64,000 nucleotides of DNA from Curvularia clavata (lineage: Eukaryota): assembly GCA_023920165.1 (NCBI GenBank), contig CP089274.1, forward strand, positions 4,216,001-4,280,000, given 5' to 3'. The notes beneath the pieces are model-generated. The model was not told the origin of the DNA, made no database searches, and saw only the letters and a program-made list of their open reading frames with translations. Positions 1 through 12,076 of the stretch are shown here, one piece after another; position 1 is the first letter of the stretch; each line of letters begins with the position of its first letter. Position numbers and translations under genes: made by a program.

Positions 1-1098
1 GTCGAAATCGAAATCAAGGTTGGCATTTTGTTCTTCTGAGATGTCCAAATGTAGCTGGGCATTATCGAGGCTGGTGTCATTGTCGGGCGTGGTATCATGC
101 GGAGTTGCGGTTTGCGTGCGAGGCTGCGGTGGATAAATACAAGAGACGTGCCGTCGGATGCATCGTATACAATCTGGTTGCTCCAAGCCACATTTACGTT
201 TAGATTTGGCGCACTCAGCGCACGACTTTTGTCGGCCCTGAGAATTGACCGTTCTCGTCCGATCTACTGGCATGATGCAGGGCTTGGCGTGGGTGTTCGG
301 ACGAGGCGTGTTACTAGGCGATGTACCAGTGCTGACATTGATGGCGCCTGCCATCGTTACTCAGCATGGGATGCCTTAAACCGAACTCCGCCACGACATT
401 AACAATTGCAATTTCCATACATATCTCCGTGTTCGTATGCATCATGAACCACTCGAATGCTCCACTATGAGCCCCATTTACATCAACGACGACCAGAAAC
501 GCTCGTTAACAGCCAATGTGGGGCTGCACATCTGCGGAATTCCGCTCACTCGCTTGGAGTGAACTTCTATCATGGTCCTGTTCATTGAACATGTTCTGGC
601 GCCATGTTGTTATATCTCTAATATATTTGAATAAATTGGTGCACCCACTGAATTATACCTTGATAATATCTGCATTACCCTGCCCACAGCTTAAAGTTCC
701 TTCTAATAACGGATTCCAATGCCTATGAACGATACAATCCCCACAATTGTCGAGATTGCTGATTTCCAAACAACCAAATTCGTAGTGGCGTTCTAAATGG
801 ATCAGGTTTGTCACGCCGCTCAATGGCTTTGTTTACAAGCGACTGTCAACCCCAATAATAGAAAATGGTAGAGTATTTTGTAATGTTTGGTAATTTCCAT
901 TGAGTAAAAGCTCTCGCATGGCTGTCCATTGAAGGACTCAGCAGCACTTGGTGCTGATGTACCTATTCATACATCTTCTCCACCTGGTCTCCCTCGTCGT
1001 TGCATTCTGTAAGCACTCTTTCCCGAACTTGGTATGTGTATAGTAATCTTCTCCACAGATTCGCGCATCTGACATTCTTGAAAGATTCAGAAGCCTGA

Positions 1099-2171
1099 CT
1101 AGAGGAGGGATGTCTCATCTTCAGGCCTTTGTCTACGAGCCTGCATCCAACTCTTGACATAGTACACCGCAAAGGCGACTATCACAGCAGAATGGAAAAT
1201 CACCGTTTCTGCGGCCTTGTCCAATGATTGCGAAACGGTCCTGGACGATCCTGTCTGCCTGCGTACCAAGCGACGCTCGTTCGGGGTGTTCCACCATGTC
1301 CACAACTTCTTAGCGGCTGCTGTAGCAACGGTAGCCAGGGCCCAAGTGCCACCAAAGATGATGGGAGCTCCGAAGCCACCCATCATTGCACTAGTACAGG
1401 TAGCGAATAGGGACCCGGCTACCACATTGCCGATTCCGGCCTGGATAGCGGCTGCTGCACTACCTATAACAAGTCAGAACTTCGGACTGAACCTCGGGTA
1501 TTGAGTGAATGAGACGTACCCGCTGCAACGCCACCTGGACCAAATCCAATAGCCAATAGAGTTATGGCAGCACATGCTGTAGCAACGAGCGGCACGACAA
1601 TGAGAGCGGTCTCCCATGGATGCTCCTGGGCCCAATCTTTCAAAGCCTTTGCGGCACCGATGACGCCTTTCTCCTTCAGTTGGTTGACAGCTGAGTTCAC
1701 TGAGTCTCGGGCCTGCAAGGCAGTCGCCTTGACCTTGCTTGCAGCCACTTTGGCCCCTTCTATAACCAGGCCAGATACATCACGACTGAAATTCTGGAGG
1801 CTTATGGCAATGCCATTATCTTTGTTCGGGTCCCTGCTATCGTTACTAACCCTGTCTCCGGGCTCTGAATTATTATGGGCTTCGTGAGCTTCAGCAACGT
1901 TGTCAACTTCGTGGTCGGTGCCATTCTCTGCATTCTCTGCATTCTCTGCATTCTCTGCATTCTCTGCATTCTCTGCATTCTCTGGCACCTGAGGTTCTGC
2001 AAGATCACCATCGGAGCCATTTCCGGTATTACCACTCGCTTCAGGTCGATCATGATTTTTGTAAGTAGCCTCTGGGATTTCAGCTTCTGCATCCTGGCTT
2101 GGCAGTCTCGTGGAATTACGAAAGATTTGGTTCCAGGCTGCCAAAAGCTTGTTGATATCCATTTTGCCCAA
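1099..2171 (-). CDS. ISG12/IFI6 (Ifi-6-16 family)-like membrane protein with acidic, repeat-containing N-terminus; 2 exons, intron 1464-1519
   Basis: A 56-nt GT..CTGAC..TAG intron joins ORFs 1464..2171 and 1099..1425. The spliced product reads TM-GFGPGGVAAGSAAAAIQAGIGNVVAGSLFATCTSAMMGG, matching the 6-16/ISG12 motif (GF..G(I/V)AAGS.AA...G.V.AGS.FA...S) as I know it. Confidence 0.75.
1922..1984. repeat. Perfect 9-bp tandem repeat (cattctctg)x7 encoding (ENA)n in the ISG12-like gene
   Basis: Seven consecutive identical units read directly from the sequence. Confidence 0.97.
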
Positions 2172-2993
2172 GTGAATCTGTGTTTGGGTTCTTGTGCAGT
2201 TGAGGAAGTGGCAGTTGAGAAGGAGGAGAAAGAGCAGTTAGTCAGTGGGAACGGTGTCACTGCATCCTAGATCGAACGGTAAAGGTAGGCTTGGCATTCA
2301 CTGTTCACCACCTCACCAAAGCCAAACGCATAGGTTACTTGTCTCATTCCTCACAGCAATGGCGTTACATTCTCATGAGGTGAAAACGTGCAGTTTGCTT
2401 TGCCAGCAGACTTTGATTCACCGAATCAGATATGTGTTCCAGCGCAATGCTGATCATTTCTTCTCACTCAAGCTGTATCGACAATTGTTTGTTCCTACGC
2501 ATATGTAGCACAGTGTGCTTAGGCGCTTCCCGGGGTGTCTCAAAGCCCAGCTGCATGGACTGAGTCAATTACGTATGTGCGGTTGTTCAGAGTAGAGACG
2601 AGAGCAAATTGCGTGAGACTTCATCCAGAGCGCACGCGAGTAGGCGTCGCCGTGATGCCTTAAAAGCATAAGAGCGGTGTCATTGTAATGGGGATTGGGC
2701 CATGTGGGGTGGCAGGCAAATGATAGCGCGTCGCGTGGCGTCTTGGCTGCCGCTTACCCCACTTTCGCGTGCTTGCTATCCGCGTCAACACCCTGTTTTC
2801 GTCTCAGCCTGGTTAAGTCTGCCTTGGACCCAGCAACGGTAAAGAACGGGTTCTCTTCTGATATTCGTACATATTCATATTTGAGCAGAACCCTACCAAC
2901 GGCTGAAGTCTCAACAGCAATCTTCTTTCAGTGTAAGACTCGTCTCATCGACGCAGTTTTGCCAGTCCGACAGCCTCACGAGCCATTCAAACC

Positions 2994-5900
2994 ATGTCTT
3001 CCTCATCTCGCGGTGGAAGTGACCGAGGCCGCGGTGGTGGTCGTGGAGGTGGGAGAGGCGAGTTTGGAGGTCGAGGTCGTGGTGATTTTGGAGGTCGGGG
3101 TGGCGGCGCTCCACGTGGAGACAGAGGTGGGTTCAGAGGTGATCGGGGTGGATTTCGGGGTGATCGGGGTGGGTTTCGAGGTGATAGAGGCGGAGGCCGT
3201 GGCAGAGGTGGCTCGCAAATAGTCGAAATCTTCTCGTAAGGCAGAGCTATCTTCCGGCTGAAACTGTCTTTTCGTTAATCCAGACTACAGGAATCCTCAA
3301 CCTCAAGATCAAAGGGTTTTGCAACTTGAAAACACTCTGCATCCTACTGCGAAAAAGACGCTTGATCTCAGCAAGTTGAAGTTATCCGAAGACTATCCAA
3401 CGCGCCCAGGATACGGTACCCGAGGTGCCAGGATTGAGCTTACCGCCAACTATGTCGAGCTGCTTCCGTCATCCAACATGGTCTTGTATCGTTACGACAT
3501 TGACGTCTCTCCTGAAGCTGCTGGCAGGAAGCGGCATCGTATTGTTCAACTTTTGCTCGAAACTTCGGAGATGTCAGCCTACAAAGGTCAGATTGCAACC
3601 GACTTTCGCTCCACAATCGTCTCAAAGGTGAAATTCACGCATGATGACGATATCATTCAAATTCAATACCGTTCTGAAGGCGAAGATGAGCCAGCTGCGG
3701 GTGCTACGGTCTTCAAAGCCAGAGTCCAATACACAAATACTCTAAGCGTTGGCGAATTGGTCAACTGGATGAACTCTACCAATCTTTCTCAATCTTTTGA
3801 ACATAAGTCGGAACTGTCTCAGGCACTCAACATCTTTTTGAACCACTTTGCTAAATCGGCAAACAATCTGGCTACCATTGGATCATCCAAAAGCTTTTCC
3901 CTCCATCAGAATGCAGCCAGAGGTGATCTGGGAGCAGGCTTAGAAGTCATCCGTGGATTCTTTTCAAGTGTACGGATAGCTACGGGCCGTATCCTGGTCA
4001 ACATCAACGTGAGTCACGGGGCTTTTTATCATAACGGTCCGTTGCCGGGACTGATGGAAGGCTATGGTACGCGCAACACAAGCGCTCTCGAAAAGTTCCT
4101 CAAATTGATTCGCGTCCGGACTACGCACTTGAAAGAGAAGCGCAACAAGGCGAACGAGGTGATTCCCCGTATCAAGACCATCTTCGGGCTTGCCAGAAAG
4201 GACGATGGTCATGGCATGGAGCACCGTCCTCGCATCAAACACCATGGGGCTGGCGCCAAAGACGTCGAATTTTGGCTCGATGGTCAACAGAGCTCGCCGG
4301 CCAAGGGTAAGGGTAAAGCTCCACCACAAGGACCATCGACCTCTGGATCCGGGCGGTACATCAGTGTATTTGATTTTTTTCGCACAAGTAAGCGTAGCAT
4401 GCCTCTCGACTTTATTGGCGATTAACCTGATCTAACCGCTCCATAGCATACAACCGTACTCTGCAATATCCTCACCTTCCTGTGGTGAATTGCGGCAACC
4501 GAGAAAACCCGGTTTACCTCCCACCAGAAGTCTGCGTTGTCGAACCCGGACAATCATCCAAGGCGAAGCTCGACGCTTTGCAGACTCAGGTGATGATACG
4601 ATATGCGGTTAGAAAGCCATGGGAGAACGCGAGCTCCATTGTCAAGGAAGGCATCTCTACTGTTGGCCTGGATGCAAACACCAACGTCCTTTTGCGCTCA
4701 TTCGGCCTGAGCATTACACCCGGATTGGTCAAAGTTCCTGGCCGCATTCTCGATAACCCCCAGGTGGCTTATAAAGATGAGGCAAATCCATCAAAAATCG
4801 TTTACCCTAGGCACAACCCCGGTAATTGGAACATGAGAAAGATTCAGTTCAATCAGGGTGCCAGACTGAAAATGTGGAAAGCCGTGCTGATCGGGCTCCA
4901 AGGGAGGCGGGATCCTTTCAATCGAGACGAATTGTTTGCCCTTTTGCAAGAATTTCATCAAGGCCTGTGTAAGATTGGTATGATGGCGGATAAACCAGCT
5001 GATCCAGAAAGGTTGCAACTGCAGCACACTGATGATCCGGCTCTGGGCACTTATCTCAAGCGACATGCGGGAAGAGTACAGCTCCTGTTCATCATACTTC
5101 CTGAGGCCAACATTCCCTTGTATAAGCGGATCAAGACCCTCGCTGACAGAGACTTTGGTATACACAACGTTTGCGCTGTTGGGACCAAGCTAGCCAAGGA
5201 GAGAGGACGCGACCAGTACATCGCCAACGTTGCGCTGAAATTCAATCTCAAGCTTGGTGGAACTAACCAGGTGATAGAGCACAAGAGTCTTGGCATCATT
5301 GGGCAAGACAAGACGATGGTAGTTGGCATTGATGTCACCCACCCAGCTCCTGGTTCAGCGAGCAATGCGCCTTCCATTTCGGCAATGGTAGCTTCTGTCG
5401 ATAAGCATCTTGCACAATGGCCTGCAACCCTTCGTATCCAACGAGGAAGACAGGAAAACGTTGACGACCTTGCCAGCATGCTCAAATCCCGCCTGAATCT
5501 CTGGAAAACTAAGGCCGGTCACCCATCCTTCCCAGAGAATATCCTCATATACCGTGATGGAGTCTCAGAAGGACAATATGACATGGTGCTCTCCCAAGAG
5601 CTGGCTCAGATGCGAAGGGCTTGCGAACAGGTTTATCCGGCGACCGATACTAAGAAGGGCCTTCCGCGGTTCACAGTGATAGTTTGCGGCAAGCGCCATA
5701 AGACGCGATTTTACCCAACAAGAAGGGAGGATGCTGACGACTCTGGCAATACCAAACCTGGCACGGTCGTGGATCGTGGTGTGACAGAAGCACGCAATTG
5801 GGACTTCTTCCTCCAGGCTCACGGAGCACTCCAAGGTACAGCGAGACCGTGTCACTATTACGTTGTGCACGACGAGATCTTCCGCCAGGCCTACGCCAAG

Positions 5901-6197
5901 CAGCTCCCACCTAATTTCCAAAACGTTGCGGATATTGTTGAAGACCTCACACACAATATGTGCTATCTATACGGTCGCGCGACCAAAGCTGTCAGCCTTT
6001 GCCCACCAGCGTATTACGCCGACCTTGCATGTGACCGTGCGCGATGCTACCTGGCTCATCTCTATGACACTCCCGCGCCGAGTGCAGCACCCTCTGTAAC
6101 CGGTACGTCAGCAGCTGGAGGTAGCAGTGCTGCAGCGCCAGAGCCCGGCTCAGTCGAAATCCATCCAAACATCAGAGATTCCATGTTCTACATTTAA
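2994..6197 (+). CDS. qde-2: Argonaute (QDE-2-like): RGG N-terminus, N/L1/PAZ/MID/PIWI; 3 exons, introns 3236-3290 and 4388-4446
   Basis: Motifs RPGYGT..ANY, RGFFSSVR..TGRILVNINV, YLPPEVC, GIDVTHP, IYRDGVSEGQ, KRHKTRF, GTARPCHY and PPAYYADLAC. Both introns have GTAAG donors, YAG acceptors and restore the frame. Confidence 0.96.
3117..3195 (+). repeat. Imperfect 21-bp coding repeat, (GDRGGFR)x3, in the Argonaute RGG/GAR region
   Basis: Translation RGDRGGFRGDRGGFRGDRGGFRGDRGG. Confidence 0.9.
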
Positions 6198-6782
6198 GGA
6201 TTGGATCCCAACTAGGAGCACGTTTTGAGTAAAGAGAATCGGGATATTGGAAAATTGATATATATATATATACATATATGGAACAAGATTGTGAAAGGCG
6301 TGGGATTCTGTCTGGCGTTTGGGACGTACCAATTGCTGTATTGAAATATATAAAACCAATATAAAATCTATAGTAACGAATACACTCGCTTGGGTTATCG
6401 TAAACACGGCTTTCATGGGCATGCTATGTATCAGATATGCAGTCGAACATAGCCCAACGTATTTCATAGTTGGCTTTTGGAGAGAAATTTGTTCGCTCGA
6501 ATCAAAACGTTAAGATATGCGCTTACAAAGCCCAACATGGCTATCAGGACGGCACAACTACGAATCATGTCCCACTGACATCAAGGGGCTCTGGACTAGA
6601 TACTGAGCTTCCTCATCTCAACTAGCGCGTACCTAAAAACCGTTGCTGCCTGCAACATCTCATCTCATGACTCATGCAGACCCACTGCCTTAGTATGCCT
6701 GATGTGACAGAAGAATATATCAACATTCCATCGCAATCAGATTGACAACAAAGTAACGATAACAGCTGCACAAGAGACCAAA

Positions 6783-7424
6783 ATGTTAGACTTCAACTTC
6801 CATATCACGACACCGCGCCTCTACCTCTCCTATTGCAACCCCTCATCTGACGCTCACGTCGACTTCACTCTGGAACTCCTCCACGGTCCCGCCTCCCTCC
6901 GCGTGCATCCCGAGGTAAAAAAGGACTTTGCAGACCGCGATGCAGTGCAGCGCCGTCTCCAGACTAGCATAGAAAGTTTCGAGAAAACGGGGTATGGCCG
7001 CTATCTCGTATCGCTCCGTCCGGATAGCGAGGCCGAAGAAGACTCAGAAAAGCCCTTTTCAGAGCGAAAACTCGAGCACATTGGAGTCGTGAGTATGCAA
7101 CTCGTTCGTATCGAAGGAACCAAGGCGCCTGCGATTCCTGATGTCGGGTTTAATATTCTGGAGAGATACCATGGGAAAGGATATGCGACGGAGGCTGCAC
7201 AGGGCTTGATGAAGTTTTATGAGCAAGAGAAGGGTGTACGTGTTTTTGCGGGGTTCACGAGCGATCAGAATGAGAGTGCGAAGAAGTTGTTTCGCAGGTT
7301 GGGGTTTCAGAATCACGGGGTAAGGAAGGTGAGCGGGATTATGTGGAATGGTGAGGATATTAATGCGGATTGCTGGACGTGGGGGTTCGAGGAAGGACGG
7401 AAACTGGAGGAGTTTGGTATATGA
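6783..7424 (+). CDS. GNAT (RimJ/RimL-like) N-acetyltransferase
   Basis: Intronless ATG ORF with TPRLYLS N-terminus, PDVGFNILERYHGKGYATEAA acetyl-CoA motif and N.SAKKLFRRLGF. Confidence 0.9.
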   Translation: MLDFNFHITTPRLYLSYCNPSSDAHVDFTLELLHGPASLRVHPEVKKDFADRDAVQRRLQTSIESFEKTGYGRYLVSLRPDSEAEEDSEKPFSERKLEHIGVVSMQLVRIEGTKAPAIPDVGFNILERYHGKGYATEAAQGLMKFYEQEKGVRVFAGFTSDQNESAKKLFRRLGFQNHGVRKVSGIMWNGEDINADCWTWGFEEGRKLEEFGI

Positions 7425-7964
7425 TGATAAGTTATAATAGTGATTGCAGAAGGGGAGTGGGATGTGGTAATGCATTGCTGATATGCTCTTTTTGTTGCTG
7501 TTTGGCCAAACACCTCGGCATAATCTGCATTTCCCTACAAGAATGTGCTTCGCTGAGCGGCGCGATAAGGTATTCATATGATTCAGAGGTCGAAGTACCA
7601 GAATGGGCAAGGACATTTCGTGGGTATTTGAAGAACCGCCAAGAAAACCTAGACACTTTTGCTTATTTACAGATGAGGTGGGGTAACCCAATGGAGTAAT
7701 GAAAGAACCGCAAGCTGCAAGGCCCCCCGGCCCGTGCGAGACTTACTCTATAGGCACCTAGTAGCATCATGCCGCAAAGAAAGAAATATACGGAGTCACA
7801 GAGTACAGTCATCGCATTTTCTTGCAAGTTATAATCCTTCAGGGTCCTCGCTGTTGAAAGTGAGAGTATAAACAACTGAAACCAATTGATTGTATCTTTA
7901 GGAAACTAAAGGCTGGGTTTCTCGCACTGTAACTTTTCGGATATCTGCATCATACCCTCTAGCC

Positions 7965-9471
7965 ATGACTATCAAGAAGCCTCCTCATCCTCCCTTCGGG
8001 CGCTCCATGCGCTCACAGCAATTCCAATTCGCACCAACATACATACCTCTCAACCACGGCTCCTTTGGTACCCACCCAACACCCGTGCGCGAAGCCCACT
8101 ACGCTCTTCAAACCACCGCCATCGAACGTCCCGACAAGTTCGTCTCATTCACTACCTATCCGCTTCTTGCTAAGTCTCGTTCTCAAATTGCACCTCTTCT
8201 TGGAGTGCATCAGGATGAAGTTGTTTTCGTTCCCAACGCAACGACAGGCGTCAACACCGTGCTGAGAAACATCAAGTTCGAGCCAGATGATGTAGTGGTA
8301 TCTTTTTCGACCGTGTATCCGGCGTGCGAGAAGACTGTAGCCAGTATTGGGGATTTTCTGCCGGTGAAGCTTGAAAAAGTGGACTTGGTGTATCCGATCG
8401 AGGACGAGGCGATTCTAGAGGCATTCAAAGAGAAAGTAAAGAGCTTGAGGGGCGACGGGAAGCGGGTCAAGCTGGCCATGTTCGATACGGTGTCTTCTTT
8501 TCCTGGAGCGAGGCTTCCGTGGGAGCAGCTGGTGGAGATTTGCAAGGAGATGGAGATTTTGAGCTTGATTGATGGAGCGCATGGGATTGGTGAGTGACTC
8601 ATTCCTTGTAGAACAGGGAAGATCTCAGAAAATTGCTGGTATCTGACATTGTTAAAGGCATGCTTGATTTGACCCACCTTGGAAAGGTCAGTCCTGATTT
8701 CTTCGTCAGCAATTGCCACAAGTAAGTCCCTACGACTATGTCGAACGACTTGCTCTATGAGCGGAAATCGATACTAACCATCTCAGATGGCTATATACAC
8801 CTCGTGCCTGCGCCGTTTTCCATGTACCCTTCCGAAACCAACATCTGATCCGTACCTCACTCCCCACATCCCACGGGTACCAATTTCCCCACAGACCCGA
8901 AAACACTTTAGGTCGGAGCGCCTTCATCTTTCTGTTCGACTACGTCGCAACGATGGACTATACGCCTTATCTTTGCATCCCGGCCGCGCTTGAGTTCCGC
9001 ACTCAGGTCTGTGGAGGTGAGGCCAAGATACGTGAGTATTGCTATGACATCGCCCGCAAAGGAGGAGAGGTTGTGGCGGAAATCTTAGGCACGAGCATCT
9101 TGACTACCAAGAGTGAGACGATGAGGCAGTGTGCGTTTGCCAATGTTGAGCTCCCAATAGTTTTCAAGAAGAAAGAGGAGGTAGACAGCAGCAAAGGAGA
9201 ATTGGACATAGATGATGCGGTCAAAGTTGCAGCTTGGATCAAGAGGACGGCAGCAATGGAGAAAGATACGTATTTTCAGACTGCGCTCCATGCTGGAAAG
9301 TTGTGGGTTAGGCTTAGTGGGCAGATTTATCTGGAGGAAGACGATTTCAAGTGGGCCGCACCGAGGTTGTTGGAGTTGTGCGAGAGGGCAAAGAAAGGAG
9401 AGGCAAGTACATTCGAAGCACCAAAGCTAACGCACGGTGATGAGCAAACTGCTGCTGTCATAGAAGGATAA
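7965..9471 (+). CDS. egt2: Class V PLP-dependent enzyme, hercynylcysteine sulfoxide lyase (Egt2)-like; introns 8590-8657 and 8722-8786
   Basis: LNHGSFGT, FVPNATTGVNTVLRN, IDGAHGIG, spliced PDFFVSNCHKWLYTPR (PLP lysine) and WVRLSGQIYLE. Confidence 0.85.
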
Positions 9472-10021
9472 GGGACAGGTGGTGCATGACAAGGTGAGCA
9501 TGCTGCTAGAAAATCTTTATGAGAAAACAGGACATTTCCATCTTCGTCAGCTTTACTATGGATCGAGAGCGCTCATGGGACGATTGTTCATATCAATTTA
9601 TATTTCATGACAGCTTTTGATAAGGATAGAGCACCGTAAATAGATAAAGGGCGATCTGAGCCCTATTATTAATGAAGAGCCTTCATGGAAGTAAACCATA
9701 TTACAATACATATGTGGCGTTCCGTGATTGATGGGTTCCGAGTCTTTTTCATAACAAAATCCACCTTTGTTCACGCCCATCCCTTCTAAATCCTCGCATA
9801 TCTGCCAACCCCTCGAATCCTCACCTTCCCATCCTTACAATAACCCCCAGCGAAACTTATCCCCTCTACTTCTTCCCTTCCCTTACCTCCTTGCGTACTC
9901 TGAGAAAAAAAACTCCATCCAACCACCCTTACCCACCTCCACCATCCTTTCTGCCTACCATACCCACAAAAATCACCCACCCGCGCATACCCTGCGGACG
10001 CAAAAAAAAAGAATTCACCGT

Positions 10022-10110
10022 TGGACGCTGTGGGAATTGAACCCACGACCTTTCACAAATACACACTTTAGATATGCGAAGCGAAAATCATACCCCTAGA
10101 CCAAGCGCCC
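10022..10110 (-). tRNA. tRNA-Ala(CGC) with ~17-nt intron
   Basis: Minus strand GGGCGCTTGGTCTAGGGGTATGATTTTCGCTT-CGC-A[intron]TGTGAAAGGTCGTGGGTTCAATTCCCACAGCGTCCA. It has the G3:U70 Ala determinant, a TTCGC/GTGAA anticodon stem, a T-loop and a downstream oligo-T Pol III terminator (~10002-10010). Confidence 0.95.
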
Positions 10111-10691
10111 TGGTTTTGCGAATTTCTTTGGCAAATTTTTGAAAAACACATAATATCATGCACTTCAAAAATGCTACGCGCGCAGAATCGAAGCCATAAA
10201 GGTCCTAGGTAGCGATTTTTCTTGGTCCTTGAAGGGAGATATTTGAGTGGGGTGGGGAAAAAGTCGAAAATAGCGGGGTAAAGGTCAAGGTGGGTAGGTA
10301 CTAGATCAGAGGGAAACGGAGAAGTGTCACGGATAAGAGTGGGCATGTGAGATAGAATCATAACTACGTCATGAATTAATCAACATCGCAAACAAGAATG
10401 CTTTGGCACTTAAGAAGCTTGAACTCATATTCTAGATTGTTAATAATTTTTTTAGAAAACGATATTTCATATCAAGTACCTGCAGAAATGGAACGTTCAA
10501 GCAATTCACCACCGTCTCGACACCACAAACCGGTCATAACTATATTTAGCAGTCGTTTCAAATGCTCATATTACTATTCATTCATTTCTCATAAGTCTCT
10601 AGACCGTCCATGCATGAAACTGATCCTCAGTGCTTCTGATGCACTGCAAAGTTGCTCAATCCCCCATCTTGCTCACACACCCAAGCTACAT

Positions 10692-10904
10692 CTAGACTTT
10701 CTTGCTGGTAACCTCCTCACTGTGCTCCTTGAGGGGGTGCGAAGGGTTGGAGCTCAGGCTGTCCTTGGCATTGTCGCTGGCCTTCTCGGCACCCTCCTTG
10801 GGTCCGGCGCCCTGCTGGTTGACGTTGTCGGAGATCTGGCCGGTTTGAGCACCGGATTGGCGAGATGGGTCGGGAGACTGGCGGCCGGCGTTGGGAGCGG
10901 ACAT
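10692..10904 (-). CDS. Small (70 aa) hydrophilic hypothetical protein
   Basis: ATG in good context (caagATG) and strongly biased codons. MSAPNAGRQSPDP..QSG and LSSNP.HPL resemble a small conserved ascomycete protein family as I recall it. Confidence 0.7.
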   Translation of the reverse strand: MSAPNAGRQSPDPSRQSGAQTGQISDNVNQQGAGPKEGAEKASDNAKDSLSSNPSHPLKEHSEEVTSKKV

Positions 10905-12076
10905 CTTGAGTGGTGTTTTGGGTTTGTTCGAAGGGAGAGCTGTGAGGCGTTAGTGTGTGGTTGTGTATATGGTGAGAGAACGAGGTGAAGTGCAAGAGGG
11001 TGAGATGGGTAAGTCGCAAGAGATTCCAATACCACTCCCGTACACGAGCAGGGCTGCAACTAGTCTGGAGCTGTGGCTTTCAATGTGATTTGAGCCATCT
11101 CTGTCTCGTGTACGAAAAGTACAGGGTTGAAGTTGCGACGGGAGCTGTGTACACCGCGGATAGAAAGTGTGCAACAAGAGGGAAGAACATACGTTTCTTG
11201 TGGGAATTGTAGCTCTAGGCCCTATTAGCTTATTGATTGCGCGATTTTGATTGCAGAAAATACTCACTTCGATTGTAAAGTCCAAGGATGGTTGCAAAGG
11301 TTAGTAGAATGGTTCTCAGACAGAGCGCGTCTGGTGCCTTTTCATCTGCGCAGCTGCCCCACTGCACCTGACGTCACTTTGAGATCGGGCAACATCGACG
11401 TCAACTTCATCAAAGCGGTGCGCATGGTGCATTATTGCGGGTCGGTGGTTGGTGCTTAGCAAGCGCTTAAGGTGCTTGCTAACGAGCTGCTGCCGTCTTA
11501 CGCAGCTCCTTCATGCTTCTTATCATGCAACACACTCGACTTGACCACTTTCCTCATTGTGTCGCCAAGTAACCAGTCCACATGCAGTATTCGAGGTATT
11601 GGGATGAAATTGCACTGTTGGGTCTATTGCATAAGCCAACAAACGTAGAATTTGGTAGTCACAATACCTGATATGATAGCTAATGTCAATCCAAGCGTGC
11701 CGGGACGCACGGTGTAACGGGACAGTTTTCACTTCGGAGCCTCGCTAGTTTTTATTTGCATAGTTATCGACCTGCAGTCACCATATTAGTCTTCTATAGC
11801 TGGTTTTCTTTGAGGGTATTATCCTCTAGTACAAATTTTCGCGATATTACTCTTACTATCGATTGTTTCGTCAACGCTGTTAATCGACCTTTCCTCAATA
11901 CCCTCTGTCTGTTCGCAATGTAGACAGTCTCTGCATAGCTCGGGGGGTCTATTAGAAAGTAGAATTCTCGAAGAATATATCTCTAAAATCAAAAGACTAT
12001 TCTAATCTATAAGTTTACGGTCCGGTAGCTTCACCAATAAAAACAACAATCGCTAGTCTTCTGCTCCGTGGTTCTC

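Noticed and set aside
1..26. Possible start of a minus-strand gene (ATG at 24-26, MPTLISIS...) running off the window
   Set aside because: Only 8 codons visible; cannot be supported.
1802..2270. ORFs with (RMQ)n and (ILC)n repeats
   Set aside because: Alternative frames and antisense readings of the 9-bp repeat in the ISG12-like gene.
2695..3222. 175-aa Val/Glu-rich ORF
   Set aside because: Non-ATG start; frame-shifted reading of the Argonaute RGG exon.
6258..6278. (TA)n microsatellite after Argonaute
   Set aside because: Ordinary short 3'UTR microsatellite.
9767..10361. Short ORFs around 10 kb
   Set aside because: They overlap the tRNA and low-complexity flanks and have no coding signature.
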